In this document: one piece after another, positions 9,353-20,404 of the stretch
Numbering within the stretch: position 1 is the stretch's first letter
Layout: every line of letters starts with the position of its first letter
Assembly (NCBI RefSeq): GCF_017161325.1
Contig: NZ_CP045670.1
Span: forward strand, 1,107,367-1,171,366
Direction of reading: 5' to 3'
Length of the DNA: 64,000 bases
Origin: Treponema pedis
Lineage (GTDB): Bacteria; Spirochaetota; Spirochaetia; Treponematales; Treponemataceae
Program-made: the position numbers and the translations under genes
The notes under the pieces: generated by a model
Databases searched by the model: none
Told to the model about the DNA's origin: nothing
What the model saw: only the letters and a program-made list of their open reading frames with translations

Positions 9353-10945
9353 ATGAAAAAATACATTAAAAAATACTTACCTGAAACCGTTTTCGTATGG
9401 TTTTTAGGCTGTATTTCTTCAGGCTTCAGTATTATCGGCAAATACTATGCAAAAGATGTCCTTGATTCCGTTGCTGCTCTTAACTTAAATCTTTTTTTTA
9501 GGGCGATTGCCGTTGTATGCTGTATTTATGCTGTAGGGTATCTCGTAAACTATATGCATGAAACAATTAGAACAAAAACCGTGCAAAAAACCTTATTGGG
9601 TATACGCTGCGGTCTTGCACAAAAAATATCATCGTCAACATATACCGGATTTCACAAAAAACATACGGGAGAATATTCTTCATGGTTTGAAGCGGATATG
9701 GGGTTAGTTGAACAAAACGGTTTAGTCCCCGTTTTTCAAATTGTAATTTCCGTTTCAGCTTTTATTATTTCCTTCGTATCTCTTATCAGTATTCATTGGA
9801 TTATTGCAGTTCTGGCGGTAATCGAAGGCGTTATTTTATTATTTTTACCTAAACTGTTTGAAAAAGGAATTGCCGCAGGTACTGAAAAAGTAATGCAGAC
9901 TATCGGTGTTTTTACGATACGCTTACAGGATTTACTTTTGGGTTTTGATACCCTTTTTTCGTTTAATAAGCGCAAGTTAATTCCCGAAGAAATTCATACC
10001 GTAGGTACCGAAAGAGCAAAGGATATGGTTAAACTGGTAAAAAAACATATTGTTTCCGCTATAATTATTGCCGCTGTAGGAATGCTGTTTTATCTTTCGA
10101 TAATAGGAGTTACCGGTTATCTTGCAATTAAAGGATTGGTTACAATCGGTACGATATTGGCAACGGCTCAAATTGCCGATACCTTGTCCAAATCCCTTTC
10201 CGAATTTTCAGGATATATTATAAAAATTAAATCCGTAAAACCTGTGTTTGAAAAATTTGAAAGTTTAGAACAGGAAAGTGTAAAACAATTATCGGCGCCT
10301 TCTTTTAAAAAAGATTTTTATATTCAAAATTTAAATTTCTCCTATGATAACGAAGGTAAAAAAATTCTTTCAAATCTAAATATGAATTTTGAATTGGGCA
10401 AAAAATACGGAATTATAGGAGAATCGGGAAGCGAAAAAACCACAATGTTTAAATTGCTTACCGGAATGTTAAATGAATACACAGGCGGAATTTATTATGA
10501 CGGCACCGAGCTTTTAAATCTTGATAAAAAAATCTTGCGTGAAAACGTTGCATATATAGACCAAAACGTTTATATCTTTAACCGTACTATCCGTGAAAAT
10601 ATTTGTTTGGGAAGTAATTTTTCAAATGAAGAATTGGAAAAGGCAATAAAAGATGCCGCTCTTGAATTCGTTATAAAAGAATGCGAAAACGGACTTGATA
10701 CGATAGTCGAACAAAACGGACAAAATTTTTCAGGAGGACAAAGACAGCGTATTGCACTTGCACGGGCTCTAATTCACGGCAGAAAAATTCTTTTAATTGA
10801 CGAAGGAACCTCCGCTCTTGATGAAAAAAACGCCTCCGAAATAGAAGAAAAACTTTTAAATAATAAAGACCTTACGGTTATAATGGTAAGTCATCATTTT
10901 TCGGAAGCGGCAAAATCAAAGTTAGATGCAATTTATAAAATATAA
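9353..10945 (+). CDS. ABC transporter permease/ATP-binding protein with a degenerate Walker A (GESGSEKTT), a likely heterodimer partner
   Basis: 530 aa; TMD + NBD; signature FSGGQRQR, Walker B LLIDEGTSALD; Walker A glycine before Lys replaced by Glu; AAGGAGAAAG SD. Confidence 0.8.
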   Translation: MKKYIKKYLPETVFVWFLGCISSGFSIIGKYYAKDVLDSVAALNLNLFFRAIAVVCCIYAVGYLVNYMHETIRTKTVQKTLLGIRCGLAQKISSSTYTGFHKKHTGEYSSWFEADMGLVEQNGLVPVFQIVISVSAFIISFVSLISIHWIIAVLAVIEGVILLFLPKLFEKGIAAGTEKVMQTIGVFTIRLQDLLLGFDTLFSFNKRKLIPEEIHTVGTERAKDMVKLVKKHIVSAIIIAAVGMLFYLSIIGVTGYLAIKGLVTIGTILATAQIADTLSKSLSEFSGYIIKIKSVKPVFEKFESLEQESVKQLSAPSFKKDFYIQNLNFSYDNEGKKILSNLNMNFELGKKYGIIGESGSEKTTMFKLLTGMLNEYTGGIYYDGTELLNLDKKILRENVAYIDQNVYIFNRTIRENICLGSNFSNEELEKAIKDAALEFVIKECENGLDTIVEQNGQNFSGGQRQRIALARALIHGRKILLIDEGTSALDEKNASEIEEKLLNNKDLTVIMVSHHFSEAAKSKLDAIYKI

Positions 10946-11065
10946 CCGTTTATAAAAATTCAATATTGCTTTGAACGGCTTTAGAGTCGATTTTTTTAAG
11001 GTTTAAATTCCTTTTATAAATATATATTGAATATTTTTATATTTTAGTTTACACTGAAATAAATT

Positions 11066-12892
11066 ATGGAAGAATTTGATACGATAGAAACCGGAAACGA
11101 AAAATTTAAAACCGGAGTTTGGAAAAAAGTTTTAAAAGAATTCGGCTTTTTTAAAATTTTACTTTTAGCAGGTTTGTCTATGGGCGGTTTAACCGGTATG
11201 CTGGAAATTGTCGAACCTAAATTTACCGCATACATAATAGACACCGTTGTAAAAGAAAAGAATTTAACAACCTTTGTTCCTGCAATTATTTTTACGGTAA
11301 TATTTTTAGCAGTTTACGGAATATGTGTTTTTTTCTTTGTAAAGTTTGCAGGCGATTTGGAAATAAAAATGTGCAATCGTCTTAGAATAAAATGCTTTAA
11401 TAAATTACAATCTCTTTCGCTTTCATTTTTCGATAAAAATGCCGTCGGCTGGTTAATGGCGCGTATGTCTTCCGATATAAACAAACTTTCGGGAATTGTA
11501 TCTTGGGGATTAACCGACATTTTATTCGGCGGCTGTTTAATGCTTTCGGTTATTGTTGCAATGTTTTCGGATAATATAAAACTTGCGCTTATCGCAATGA
11601 TAACCTTACCTTTAATTATTGTATTAAGCGTTTATTTAAGAAATAAAATTTTAATCGCACAAAGACGAGTGCGAAAGATAAATTCGCAATTAACCGCCGC
11701 ATACAACGAAGATATTCAGGGAGCAAAAACTACAAAAACACTTGTTCGCGAACAATTAAATGCAAAAGAATTTGAAGCAAAAACCGAAGAAATGAAAACA
11801 AGTTCAATCCGCGGTATTTTAATTTCTTCAGTGCTTATGCCTTCCGTCCAGTTAATAGGCTCCTTGGGAATAGGTTTAATGGTAATATACGGAGGAAGTT
11901 CCGTAATTTCAGCTGCAATTACGCTGGGAATGCTTGTAGCGTTTTTTTCTTATGTTACTCAATTTAACGGGCCTCTTGCCGAAGCTGCCGATTTGTTTGC
12001 GGAATTTATTTCCGCGCAAGCCGCTGCGGAAAGAATATTCGGGCTTCTTGAAGAAAAATCCGACATCATAGAAAAAAGCGAAGTTGTAAAAAAATACGGT
12101 ACGGCTTTAAATCCTACAAAAGAAAAGCGTCCTCCCGTTACTGGTTCGGTGCGGTTTGAAAATGTTTTCTTTTGGTACAAAGAAGGAGAGCCGGTTTTAA
12201 CGGATTTTAATTTATCGGTAACTGCGGGTGAAACCGTTGCCTTAGTCGGTGCAACCGGTGCGGGAAAATCGACGATTGTAAATTTATTTTGCAGATTTTA
12301 TGAGCCCAAAAAGGGTCGTATTTTGGTAGACGGAATCGATTACACCGATATGAGCGAAAACTGGATTCATGAAAACTTAGGTTATGTTTTACAATCTCCG
12401 CATTTATTTTCAGGCACTATAGCGGAAAATATCCGTTACGGGAAATTGGATGCAACCGATGAAGAAATTATAGAAGCTGCAAAACTGGTGGACGCTCATG
12501 ATTTTATTATGTCAATGGAAAAAGGTTACGATACGCCTGTAGGAGAAGGCGGAAGTTTACTTTCTACAGGACAAAAGCAGCTTATTTCTTTTGCAAGAAC
12601 TATTGTACGGAATCCGCGGCTTTTTGTTTTAGATGAAGCGACTTCTTCAATCGATACCGAAACGGAGCAAAAAATTCAAAATGCAATTTCCAAGGTTTTA
12701 TCCGGAAGAACTTCTTTTGTTGTTGCACACAGGCTTTCCACTATCCGCAATGCCGATAAAATTATTGTCGTTGAAAACGGCAAGATGCTTGAAGCGGGCA
12801 GCCATATCGAGTTGATAAAACAAAAGGGATATTATTATAAACTTTACTCAAATCAATTTATTGCGGAACAACAAGCGGCTCAATTGAGATAA
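11066..12892 (+). CDS. ABC transporter permease/ATP-binding protein (exporter, canonical NBD)
   Basis: 608 aa; Walker A GATGAGKST, signature LSTGQKQ, Walker B LFVLDEATS. Confidence 0.85.
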   Translation: MEEFDTIETGNEKFKTGVWKKVLKEFGFFKILLLAGLSMGGLTGMLEIVEPKFTAYIIDTVVKEKNLTTFVPAIIFTVIFLAVYGICVFFFVKFAGDLEIKMCNRLRIKCFNKLQSLSLSFFDKNAVGWLMARMSSDINKLSGIVSWGLTDILFGGCLMLSVIVAMFSDNIKLALIAMITLPLIIVLSVYLRNKILIAQRRVRKINSQLTAAYNEDIQGAKTTKTLVREQLNAKEFEAKTEEMKTSSIRGILISSVLMPSVQLIGSLGIGLMVIYGGSSVISAAITLGMLVAFFSYVTQFNGPLAEAADLFAEFISAQAAAERIFGLLEEKSDIIEKSEVVKKYGTALNPTKEKRPPVTGSVRFENVFFWYKEGEPVLTDFNLSVTAGETVALVGATGAGKSTIVNLFCRFYEPKKGRILVDGIDYTDMSENWIHENLGYVLQSPHLFSGTIAENIRYGKLDATDEEIIEAAKLVDAHDFIMSMEKGYDTPVGEGGSLLSTGQKQLISFARTIVRNPRLFVLDEATSSIDTETEQKIQNAISKVLSGRTSFVVAHRLSTIRNADKIIVVENGKMLEAGSHIELIKQKGYYYKLYSNQFIAEQQAAQLR

Positions 12893-12982
12893 AATACGTG
12901 GAGCATATTGGAAAGTTTACTTTGCAAGGCCTTACCTTATTCTATAAGCGTTTTCATTTGCGCTGCGAAAGCACAAAATCAT

Positions 12983-13030
12983 CAATCCTTGACATTCGAA
13001 AATGTCTTTCGGTTGATGATTTTATACCCC
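12983..13030. terminator. bidirectional hairpin terminator between convergent ABC and traB-like genes
   Basis: 10-bp stem aaatcatcaa/ttgatgattt enclosing an inner hairpin gacatt-cgaa-aatgtc, followed by a T-run on the plus strand. Confidence 0.35.
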
Positions 13031-13068
13031 CTTGTGTTTTTATGCAATCGACAATAATAATGTATAAT

Positions 13069-14259
13069 TTAAAAAGATAAATTTGCAATCAGCGCCGGGA
13101 CCGTAATAAAAGTGCCTATGGCGCTTCCCAGCGATGAAAGAATCAGCACCAGTAAAACCTTTGTAATTCTGTTTTTATACCAGCCTTTTACGGTTGAAGT
13201 ATCGGAGGTCAGATTTTCCATATCCCGGACTTGAGGTTTTTTTGCCCATGCCTGAACAAGCCCCGAAAGCATTCCTATACCCAAAAAGGGGTTTACGGTT
13301 GTAACGGGAGCGCCCAAAAACGATACTAAAATAGAAAGCGGGTGCCCCAAAGCGATAAGCGCTCCGATTGCGGCAAGACCGCCGTTCCAAAAAATAAATG
13401 AGGTAAGCATTTGCCCCGTCTTTGCTCCGCCGCCCTTGTAAAACCCTAAAGCAATTAAGGAGATAATTGTGATGGGGAATATCCAAGCCGCTATTTTACT
13501 TATTGCCGATTTAGGCGGAATAACTTCAATATCGGAAACATCGGTTGTTTTTGTTCCCTCTTCCAGCTCTTTTATAAAACGTTCCGTTCCGGGAAGATGG
13601 CCGGCTCCTAATACCGCAATAATTTTTTTTCCTTTACTTTCCCAAATTTTTGAAGCCAGATAACGGTCGCGCTCATCAATTAAAACTTCTTTTACCTTCG
13701 GAAGATACTCCGCCATTTCTTCCATCATATTATCCATTGCACTTTGGGTTTTTAATTTTTCTATTTCGGCTTCGTCCAGCTTTTCGTTTGAAAAGCCTGC
13801 ACTTAAAAGTGCCGCCAAAAGTTTTGACCTTCCCATTCCGCGGCTTTTTGCCCAAGCTCTTTTTAAGGTCGTATGAATGGGACGGTCTACCATTTCGGTT
13901 TTTATTTCGAGTTCTTGCGAAACTTCAATTGCGGCTTTCATTTCATATCCGGGTTTTACCCCCAAATCCGAGCCCAATTTTTTTTGAAACGATGCTAAAA
14001 CAAGATTGGCAAGAAGAAGAAAGCCCTTTCCTTCTTTAAGTATTTTGGAAATATCTATTTCCTGCCAACTCTTTTCCGAAACGAGAGCTTTGTAACGTGT
14101 TTCGTCCAGCTCTACACATACGCAATCGGGCATTTCTTCCCGAATTACAGTTTCAACTTCTTTTATACTTTCCTTTGAAACATGGGCTGTGCCTAAAAGT
14201 ATAATTTCTCTTTCTTTTGTTTGAATTCGCTTTAAAATTTTTGCATTAACTTCTTCCAC
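13069..14259 (-). CDS. TraB/GumN (PrgY-like) family protein
   Basis: 396 aa; N-terminal ILLGTAHVSKESIKEV...PDCVCVELDETR is the TraB family signature; C-terminal multi-TM region. Confidence 0.7.
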   Translation of the reverse strand: MEEVNAKILKRIQTKEREIILLGTAHVSKESIKEVETVIREEMPDCVCVELDETRYKALVSEKSWQEIDISKILKEGKGFLLLANLVLASFQKKLGSDLGVKPGYEMKAAIEVSQELEIKTEMVDRPIHTTLKRAWAKSRGMGRSKLLAALLSAGFSNEKLDEAEIEKLKTQSAMDNMMEEMAEYLPKVKEVLIDERDRYLASKIWESKGKKIIAVLGAGHLPGTERFIKELEEGTKTTDVSDIEVIPPKSAISKIAAWIFPITIISLIALGFYKGGGAKTGQMLTSFIFWNGGLAAIGALIALGHPLSILVSFLGAPVTTVNPFLGIGMLSGLVQAWAKKPQVRDMENLTSDTSTVKGWYKNRITKVLLVLILSSLGSAIGTFITVPALIANLSF

Positions 14260-15233
14260 AATGATTCCTTTTTTCCTATTGAATTAGCCTTTTCAAGAAT
14301 TAAACCTAAAAAAGCTTTTTTACCCGGGTATTTTTTTGCTTTTATAACTCCGCCTGCCATGTGAGCATGGCCTCCTCCGGAGCCTATTCCTTTTACGGCA
14401 CTTTGAATTATATAGCCTGCGTCCAAAGCCTTGTCGCGACTGCGTGCGGAAAGTTTAAATTCTTCGCCGCAGGTTTCTATTACAATTACAAAAGCGATGT
14501 CTTTTAGCCATAATAAAAAATCCGCAACAACGGAAAGTAACGCTCTGGAATAATCTTTTTCCAATTCTACAAGAAGAAAATTACCGATACGTATATAACT
14601 TGTAAAAGCCCTTCCTATTTCTTCAAGCTCGTTTACATTAATTGTAGTTTTAATCATTTGTTGTGTCGCTTGAACGTCGACTTTAAAATAAAGTTCGTAA
14701 TAAGCGTCCATATCCTCTCGGCTTACATGTCTTGATAAAAAATTCGTATCAAGCTGAATGCCCGTCATTAAGGCTGCGGCAGTTATTCCGTCATATTCTT
14801 TTCCGGCTTCCTTCCAATAAGACCAAATAATAGAGCAACAGGCCCCCATTTCAGGCCGTATATCGGTAAAGGCAGCCGTCGATTTTGCACGCGGAGGATG
14901 ATGGTCTATTACGCCTTTTAAAATTCCTCCGACGGTTTTTACCGTTCCTTTAAAAGGCGAGCCGTCTACTATGATAACTTGATATTTTTTTAAGTCTTCG
15001 ATTTCGTCTAAGGATATTAACCGCCGGTTTAAAAATTTTACAAATTCCGTTAAAGGCAAACTTTGAATCAGCCCGCCGTAAGCAATTTCGGTTTTATATC
15101 CGTAAAGCTCCAACAATACCGCAAGAGAGTATGCCGCCCCTATTGCGTCATGGTCGGGGAAGTCGTGAGTTTGAACCGATACGGGCATATCTTTTTCAAG
15201 TATGCTGCAAAGTTTTTCAAAGTATTTTTCCAT
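14232..15233 (-). CDS. nrnA: DHH-family phosphoesterase, NrnA-like (oligoribonuclease/pAp phosphatase)
   Basis: DHH motifs HDFPDHDAIG and DHH, DHHA1 GGGHAHMAGG. Confidence 0.75.
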   Translation of the reverse strand: MEKYFEKLCSILEKDMPVSVQTHDFPDHDAIGAAYSLAVLLELYGYKTEIAYGGLIQSLPLTEFVKFLNRRLISLDEIEDLKKYQVIIVDGSPFKGTVKTVGGILKGVIDHHPPRAKSTAAFTDIRPEMGACCSIIWSYWKEAGKEYDGITAAALMTGIQLDTNFLSRHVSREDMDAYYELYFKVDVQATQQMIKTTINVNELEEIGRAFTSYIRIGNFLLVELEKDYSRALLSVVADFLLWLKDIAFVIVIETCGEEFKLSARSRDKALDAGYIIQSAVKGIGSGGGHAHMAGGVIKAKKYPGKKAFLGLILEKANSIGKKESLWKKLMQKF

Positions 15234-15306
15234 AACTAAAACCTTTTAAAAAAGCAAAATAAAGCGGATTTAATTACCGTAGGGCACTAATGTTTTTTTT
15301 TAAAAT

Positions 15307-15822
15307 TTAAGATTCAATTCCGCGGCGTGCCTGTACCCCGTCATTAAAGTAATGCTTAATCATTTTCATTTCGGTTACAAGGTCCGCAGCTTCTATAATC
15401 TTTTTATTTGCATAACGTCCGGTTAAAATAAGCTCTACGGTATCAGGCTTATTTTTTATGATGTTTAAAATGCGTTCGATATCAAAAAGCCCGTAAAGCA
15501 AAGCAACATTCACTTCTTCCATAATTACTACATCGTACTCGCCGGACATTATAATTTTTTCTATTTTGTCCAAGCCTTCATTTGCACGGGCAATATCTTT
15601 TTCGCTTGGGTCATTGTGTACAAAATGAGCTTCTCCGTATTGCTCAATCACAAGATTGGGCAAATACTCGGGGGCTTTCAGTTCGCTATAGCTCATTCCC
15701 TTTAAAAATTGCCCGATATAAACTTTGTAGCCGGCACACACAGCCCGCAAAGCCAATCCGAATGCCGCAGTGGTTTTTCCCTTACCGTCGCCGGTATAAA
15801 CTTGAACATAACCTTTTTTCAT
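15307..15822 (-). CDS. cobO: cob(I)yrinic acid a,c-diamide adenosyltransferase (ATP:corrinoid adenosyltransferase, CobO/BtuR type)
   Basis: 171 aa; GDGKGKTTAAFGLALRA P-loop and overall CobA/CobO pattern. Confidence 0.85.
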   Translation of the reverse strand: MKKGYVQVYTGDGKGKTTAAFGLALRAVCAGYKVYIGQFLKGMSYSELKAPEYLPNLVIEQYGEAHFVHNDPSEKDIARANEGLDKIEKIIMSGEYDVVIMEEVNVALLYGLFDIERILNIIKNKPDTVELILTGRYANKKIIEAADLVTEMKMIKHYFNDGVQARRGIES

Positions 15823-15880
15823 ATCTACCTCACAAATAATATCAGGTTGCCGATTTGCAATTGTCCGTCGGCTTACCTTA

Positions 15881-16777
15881 TTAACCGTTTTTCAATTTTT
15901 GATAAAGAGAATCCAAATCATCTTTTGAAAAATAAGAAATCTCTACGGTTCCTTTTTTTAAAGTACCTTTTATTTGAACCTTTGTTCCGAGCGAATTTAT
16001 AAACTGCTGTTCTATATCTCGCAATTCAAAATTATCTTCGCCGCTTGAAGTTTTTTCTTTTTTGTCTTTTTTTGCAATTCTGCCTACGCCCGAATTAAAA
16101 TTTGCCGCCATAGCTTCGGTTTCCCGCACGGACAAATTCGATTCTATAATTCTGCCGAATAAAACCTGTTGGTCCGCCGGATTTACTACGGACAAAAGAG
16201 AGCGGGCATGTCCCGCCGAAATTTTATTTAACCGCACCGCTTCCTGCATTTCTTCAGGCAATTTTAAAATTCTTAAACTGTTGGTAATTGCCGAACGGCT
16301 TTTACCTACACGTCTTGCAAGTTCTTCGTGGTTAATATTCGAAATATTCATAATTTCCTGATATGCAAGAGCCTCTTCCAAAGCATTTAAATCTTCACGC
16401 TGAATATTTTCGATTAAGGCGACTTCAAGCTTTTTATTATCTGCAAATGAGCGCAAAATAACAGGCACTGTTTTTAAACCTAAACTTGTTGCAGCCCGTG
16501 TTCTCCGTTCGCCTGAAATTATAAAATAGCTTCCGTTTTCCGTTTGTTCGGCTACTATGGGCTGAATAATTCCGTGTTCTTTTATAGAAGAAGCAAGCTC
16601 TTCAATCGTTTCTTCATCGAAAGTTTTTCGGGGCTGGTACGGATTCGGTTTAAGTAAGCTCGGATTTAAGTTTATTATTGTTCCTTCCGCGGTTACTGCT
16701 GGTTCTTCAGAGAGTTCGGGGCTATTATCCGATAAAAGAGCGTCAAGGCCCTTGCCTAAAGCCGGTTTTTTAGACAT
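15881..16777 (-). CDS. parB: chromosome partitioning protein ParB/Spo0J
   Basis: Start chosen at ATG 16777 (MSKKPALGKGLDALL, AAGAGG SD) rather than the track start 16834; ParB box IIQPIVAEQTENGSYFIISGERRTRAA. Confidence 0.85.
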   Translation of the reverse strand: MSKKPALGKGLDALLSDNSPELSEEPAVTAEGTIINLNPSLLKPNPYQPRKTFDEETIEELASSIKEHGIIQPIVAEQTENGSYFIISGERRTRAATSLGLKTVPVILRSFADNKKLEVALIENIQREDLNALEEALAYQEIMNISNINHEELARRVGKSRSAITNSLRILKLPEEMQEAVRLNKISAGHARSLLSVVNPADQQVLFGRIIESNLSVRETEAMAANFNSGVGRIAKKDKKEKTSSGEDNFELRDIEQQFINSLGTKVQIKGTLKKGTVEISYFSKDDLDSLYQKLKNG

Positions 16778-17525
16778 GGAGCATAACCTCTTTTGCCAAT
16801 TTTTCGTAGCTTCTTGCACCGACGCATTTTGCATCGTAACTGCAAATAGGCAGTCCGTGGGAAGGCGCTTCGGAAAGTCTTACATTCCGCGGTATAATTG
16901 TGGCAAAGACCTTATCTTTAAAATAGCTTGAAACTTGTTGAACTACTTCCTGCGCCAAGTTTGTTCTTGAATCGTACATAGTAAAAAAAATACCGCCTAT
17001 TTGTAAATTCGGATTTATGCTTTTTTGAACGCGTTGTACTGTTTGAAGTAAAAGGGTTAACCCTTCAAGAGCGAAGTATTCGCATTGAAGCGGAATATAT
17101 ACTTCATCTGCGGCTGCAAGTCCGTTAAGCGTTAAAATCCCTAAGGACGGCGGACAATCTATTAAAATATAATCATACTCGCTTTTTACTTCCGCAAGGA
17201 GATTTTTTAAATAAAACTCCCTGTTTTGCTCATCGACAAGCTCAACGGTTGCTCCCGATAAATCTATCGAAGCGGGAACCGCAAAAAGGTTAGGTACGGC
17301 GGTTTGATAAACGGTTTTTTTAAATTCGCTTTTTTGAGCAAGAGCGTCATAAATAGTGGGACGTTTTTTTTGTACGCCCACACCCGATGACATATTCCCT
17401 TGCGGGTCGAAATCAATTAAAAGAGTTTTTTTTCCTGCCAATGCGATATACGCTCCCAAATTGATAACGGAGGTAGTTTTACCTACCCCGCCTTTTTGGT
17501 TTACAAAAACAAAAGTTTTTCCCAT
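16770..17525 (-). CDS. parA: ParA/Soj family partition ATPase
   Basis: MGKTFVFVNQKGGVGKTT deviant Walker A; start chosen at ATG 17525 (the track start at 17543 is a TTG). Confidence 0.85.
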   Translation of the reverse strand: MGKTFVFVNQKGGVGKTTSVINLGAYIALAGKKTLLIDFDPQGNMSSGVGVQKKRPTIYDALAQKSEFKKTVYQTAVPNLFAVPASIDLSGATVELVDEQNREFYLKNLLAEVKSEYDYILIDCPPSLGILTLNGLAAADEVYIPLQCEYFALEGLTLLLQTVQRVQKSINPNLQIGGIFFTMYDSRTNLAQEVVQQVSSYFKDKVFATIIPRNVRLSEAPSHGLPICSYDAKCVGARSYEKLAKEVMLHV

Positions 17526-17649
17526 AATTTTCAGTATACACAATTTTTAAAAAATATGTAAGATAGAAAGGTCATAAAAGAAAGAGTCCGAAAAGAAGAA
17601 GAGGGGCTTTTATCGAAGCAAAAGGGTTTTTTGCACTTTCGGGCGGTTA

Positions 17650-17696
17650 AATTAAATAAACCCCCGCCCTTTTATACGGTATAAAAAAGCGGGGGA
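17650..17696 (-). terminator. intrinsic terminator of the MCP gene
   Basis: 7-bp GC stem cccccgc/gcggggg (17661-17695) followed on the minus strand by a T-rich run. Confidence 0.45.
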
Positions 17697-17779
17697 AAAA
17701 AGTTTAAGCTTTTTAATAAAAACTTGAGGACCAGGGAAAATCAAGTCCCATAACCTTAAGTTTTTGCATTTTAAAATTA

Positions 17780-19870
17780 TTAAACCTTAAATTTATTTAC
17801 CTCTCGTACTAAGGATTCGATACTCATCTTATTTTTTTGAGTAATATCGTTTACTTCCTGTACCGCATTATTTATCTGAATAGCTCCTGAAGCCATCTCG
17901 TTCATACTGTCGGTTATAGTACGGGTTAAGCCGTCAAGTTTATTCATCTCTTCCGCAACGCCTTCACCGCCTTTAAGCATTTCTTCGGAACCGGCTTTTA
18001 CTTCTATTGTAACCTCATTTATGTTGCGTATTGCGCTTAATACTTCCTTGCTTCCGTTTGACTGTTCATGCATAGCCTCCATAATACGATTGCTCATTTC
18101 CTTGACGCTTTCCGCTAACGAAAAGATTGCATTAAACTTTTCTTCTACGGTTTTTGAAGCCTCAGAAAGGGTTTCAATTTCATTTGAAAGATTTTTTAAT
18201 GTCGATGTAATGGTTTTACCCTGTGCGGAAGATTCTTCCGCCAGTTTTCTGATTTCGTCCGCTACAACGGCAAAGCCCTTTCCCGCATCGCCTGCGTGGG
18301 CGGCTTCAATAGCCGCATTCATAGCTAAAAGATTTGTTTGGCTTGCTATGTGCTGAATAACGGAACTTGCTTCCATAAGAGAACCGGATTCTTCCGTAAT
18401 CTTTTGTGTTATATTATTGGAAGATGAGAGAGTGTCTTTACCGTCCGCCGTAGCTCCTGCCAAGGACTTAATAATACCGTCGCTTTTTTCTAAAGTTTGA
18501 GTAATTGAAGCGATATTGGCTACCATTTGTTCAACGGAGGAGGAGGACTGAGCAACCGAAGCTGCCTGAGTTTCAATACTGTTATTCAGTTGTTTTATAG
18601 TACGTATAATTTCTTCGATGGTAGCTGCCGTTTCGGTAACGCTTGCGGCTTGCGTCATAGTTTGGTGTTTTACACCGTCAATGTTTGCACTTATTTGGTT
18701 TATTGAGCTTGCGGTTTCAGTCATATTGCTTGCAAGAGCTTCGCCTATGCTTTGCATAGTATTGGAATTATTACTTACCGACTTAATTAGCGTTCCTATT
18801 TTTTCGATGGTTTTGTTAAAGTATTGGGCGAGGTCGGTAATTTCATCATTACCGTGCATAGGAAGACGTACCGTTAAATCTCCTTCACCTTGGGCTATAT
18901 CTTTTAATGCGTTTACTACGGTGTTTATAGGTTTTACTATTGTGTGCGCCGTAATGAAAACAATAACAAGGGCTCCAAGTAAAATAGAGATTCCTATTAT
19001 ATACATTGATTTTCTTAATGTTTGAATTGTCCCCATAAATTCTTCTACGGGGGCTGTTATAATTACAATCCAGTCCGTGGTTTTTACTTTTGCAAAAGAA
19101 GCTATTCTGTCTTCGCCGTTATGTGTATAATAACCGTAATCCTGTTCCGAGGTCATAGCACGGTCTAAAAAATTTGCAAGAGTTGTAAAAGAAGAATTTT
19201 GTTTTGCAGCTTCAATAAAGTTTTCTTGTTTTTTTACCAAATCGAAATCTTTGTGAGCAATCATTGTTCCGCTCAAACCTATAATATAGCAGTAACCTGT
19301 TTGCCCTACAACAATATCGTCAATTTGTTCCGAAAGCCATTGGGCATTGACCGTTGCAAGCAATACATATATTACTTTGTGATTATCATCGTAAATAGGT
19401 ACGGCAAAAGACATAATAAATTCTCCGCTGAAGCGGGAAACCAGCGGCTCGCTTAAAAAATTCTTTCCGGCTTTGGCGGACAGATACCAATCTCTGTCGC
19501 CAATGAAAACGGTTTGTTCGTTTTCGGCATAACGATTTCCGTTTAAATCGCATAGATTCAAATTTCTTATTTTATCATTAAAAGCGGCTTCTTTTTTTAA
19601 ATAAGCGGTTTTTTCGCGGTAAGAACTGTCGGTGTTTCTAAGTATGGGTGCCCTTGCAACACCTTCCAAAAATTGAAACATCGCGGTTATTCTTCCGTCT
19701 ATTATTTCCGCCGTGCTTGAAGATTTGGCAAGCAAGTGTGCCTGAACCCGTTCCGTTACCGCCTTTTTTGCTAAGTTAACTGACAGAAGGCCGAGAATAA
19801 CACCTGCAATTAAAATTAAAATTCCGAACACTATAACAAGTTTATTCCGAATAGAAAATCGTTTTGTCAT
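17780..19870 (-). CDS. methyl-accepting chemotaxis protein (periplasmic double-Cache-like sensor, HAMP, MCP signalling domain)
   Basis: 696 aa; two TMs bracketing a ~270-aa sensor; C-terminal highly conserved MCP domain (...[33 protein letters not shown]...); GAGGAG SD. Confidence 0.9.
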   Translation of the reverse strand: MTKRFSIRNKLVIVFGILILIAGVILGLLSVNLAKKAVTERVQAHLLAKSSSTAEIIDGRITAMFQFLEGVARAPILRNTDSSYREKTAYLKKEAAFNDKIRNLNLCDLNGNRYAENEQTVFIGDRDWYLSAKAGKNFLSEPLVSRFSGEFIMSFAVPIYDDNHKVIYVLLATVNAQWLSEQIDDIVVGQTGYCYIIGLSGTMIAHKDFDLVKKQENFIEAAKQNSSFTTLANFLDRAMTSEQDYGYYTHNGEDRIASFAKVKTTDWIVIITAPVEEFMGTIQTLRKSMYIIGISILLGALVIVFITAHTIVKPINTVVNALKDIAQGEGDLTVRLPMHGNDEITDLAQYFNKTIEKIGTLIKSVSNNSNTMQSIGEALASNMTETASSINQISANIDGVKHQTMTQAASVTETAATIEEIIRTIKQLNNSIETQAASVAQSSSSVEQMVANIASITQTLEKSDGIIKSLAGATADGKDTLSSSNNITQKITEESGSLMEASSVIQHIASQTNLLAMNAAIEAAHAGDAGKGFAVVADEIRKLAEESSAQGKTITSTLKNLSNEIETLSEASKTVEEKFNAIFSLAESVKEMSNRIMEAMHEQSNGSKEVLSAIRNINEVTIEVKAGSEEMLKGGEGVAEEMNKLDGLTRTITDSMNEMASGAIQINNAVQEVNDITQKNKMSIESLVREVNKFKV

Positions 19871-20404
19871 TTTATCTCCTCAATTTTAAGTTTTGTATTT
19901 ATTTAATATGTTTTTTATAAGCCTGTTGTAAAATCTTGTTTATGATTTTAATTTTCGACTTATATCTTTAAATACAATTACCCGTCTTCAATTTTTTGAG
20001 AAGCGTTTTTGTTTTCATCTAAACCCGTTAAGGTTTTATAAATCCCGAACTTCACAATACGGTCCCTCCGAAAAAATTACAGTGTTATAAAATACACCGT
20101 AATAAAAGAAGGTCTAAATTCCAAAGGGCATGACAATACGCTCTTGTATGACCTTCTAAAGTAAATTTAGAATTGGAGCTCTTCATTTTGAGACTTCCAA
20201 CCGGACGACTTTTTGAGATTTAACTACTTTTACATTGAGAAAATATACTATAAATATAATGACATTTATAATTTAAACTTTCAGGGAGGGCGGGGATACG
20301 GCACGAATTTTTTCGTTCATATCGGTTATTTCTCCTTTCGGTTTATACAATAATTATATACATATATCGGAAATTTTGCAAGAGTAAAAACAATATTTTT
20401 TGAT

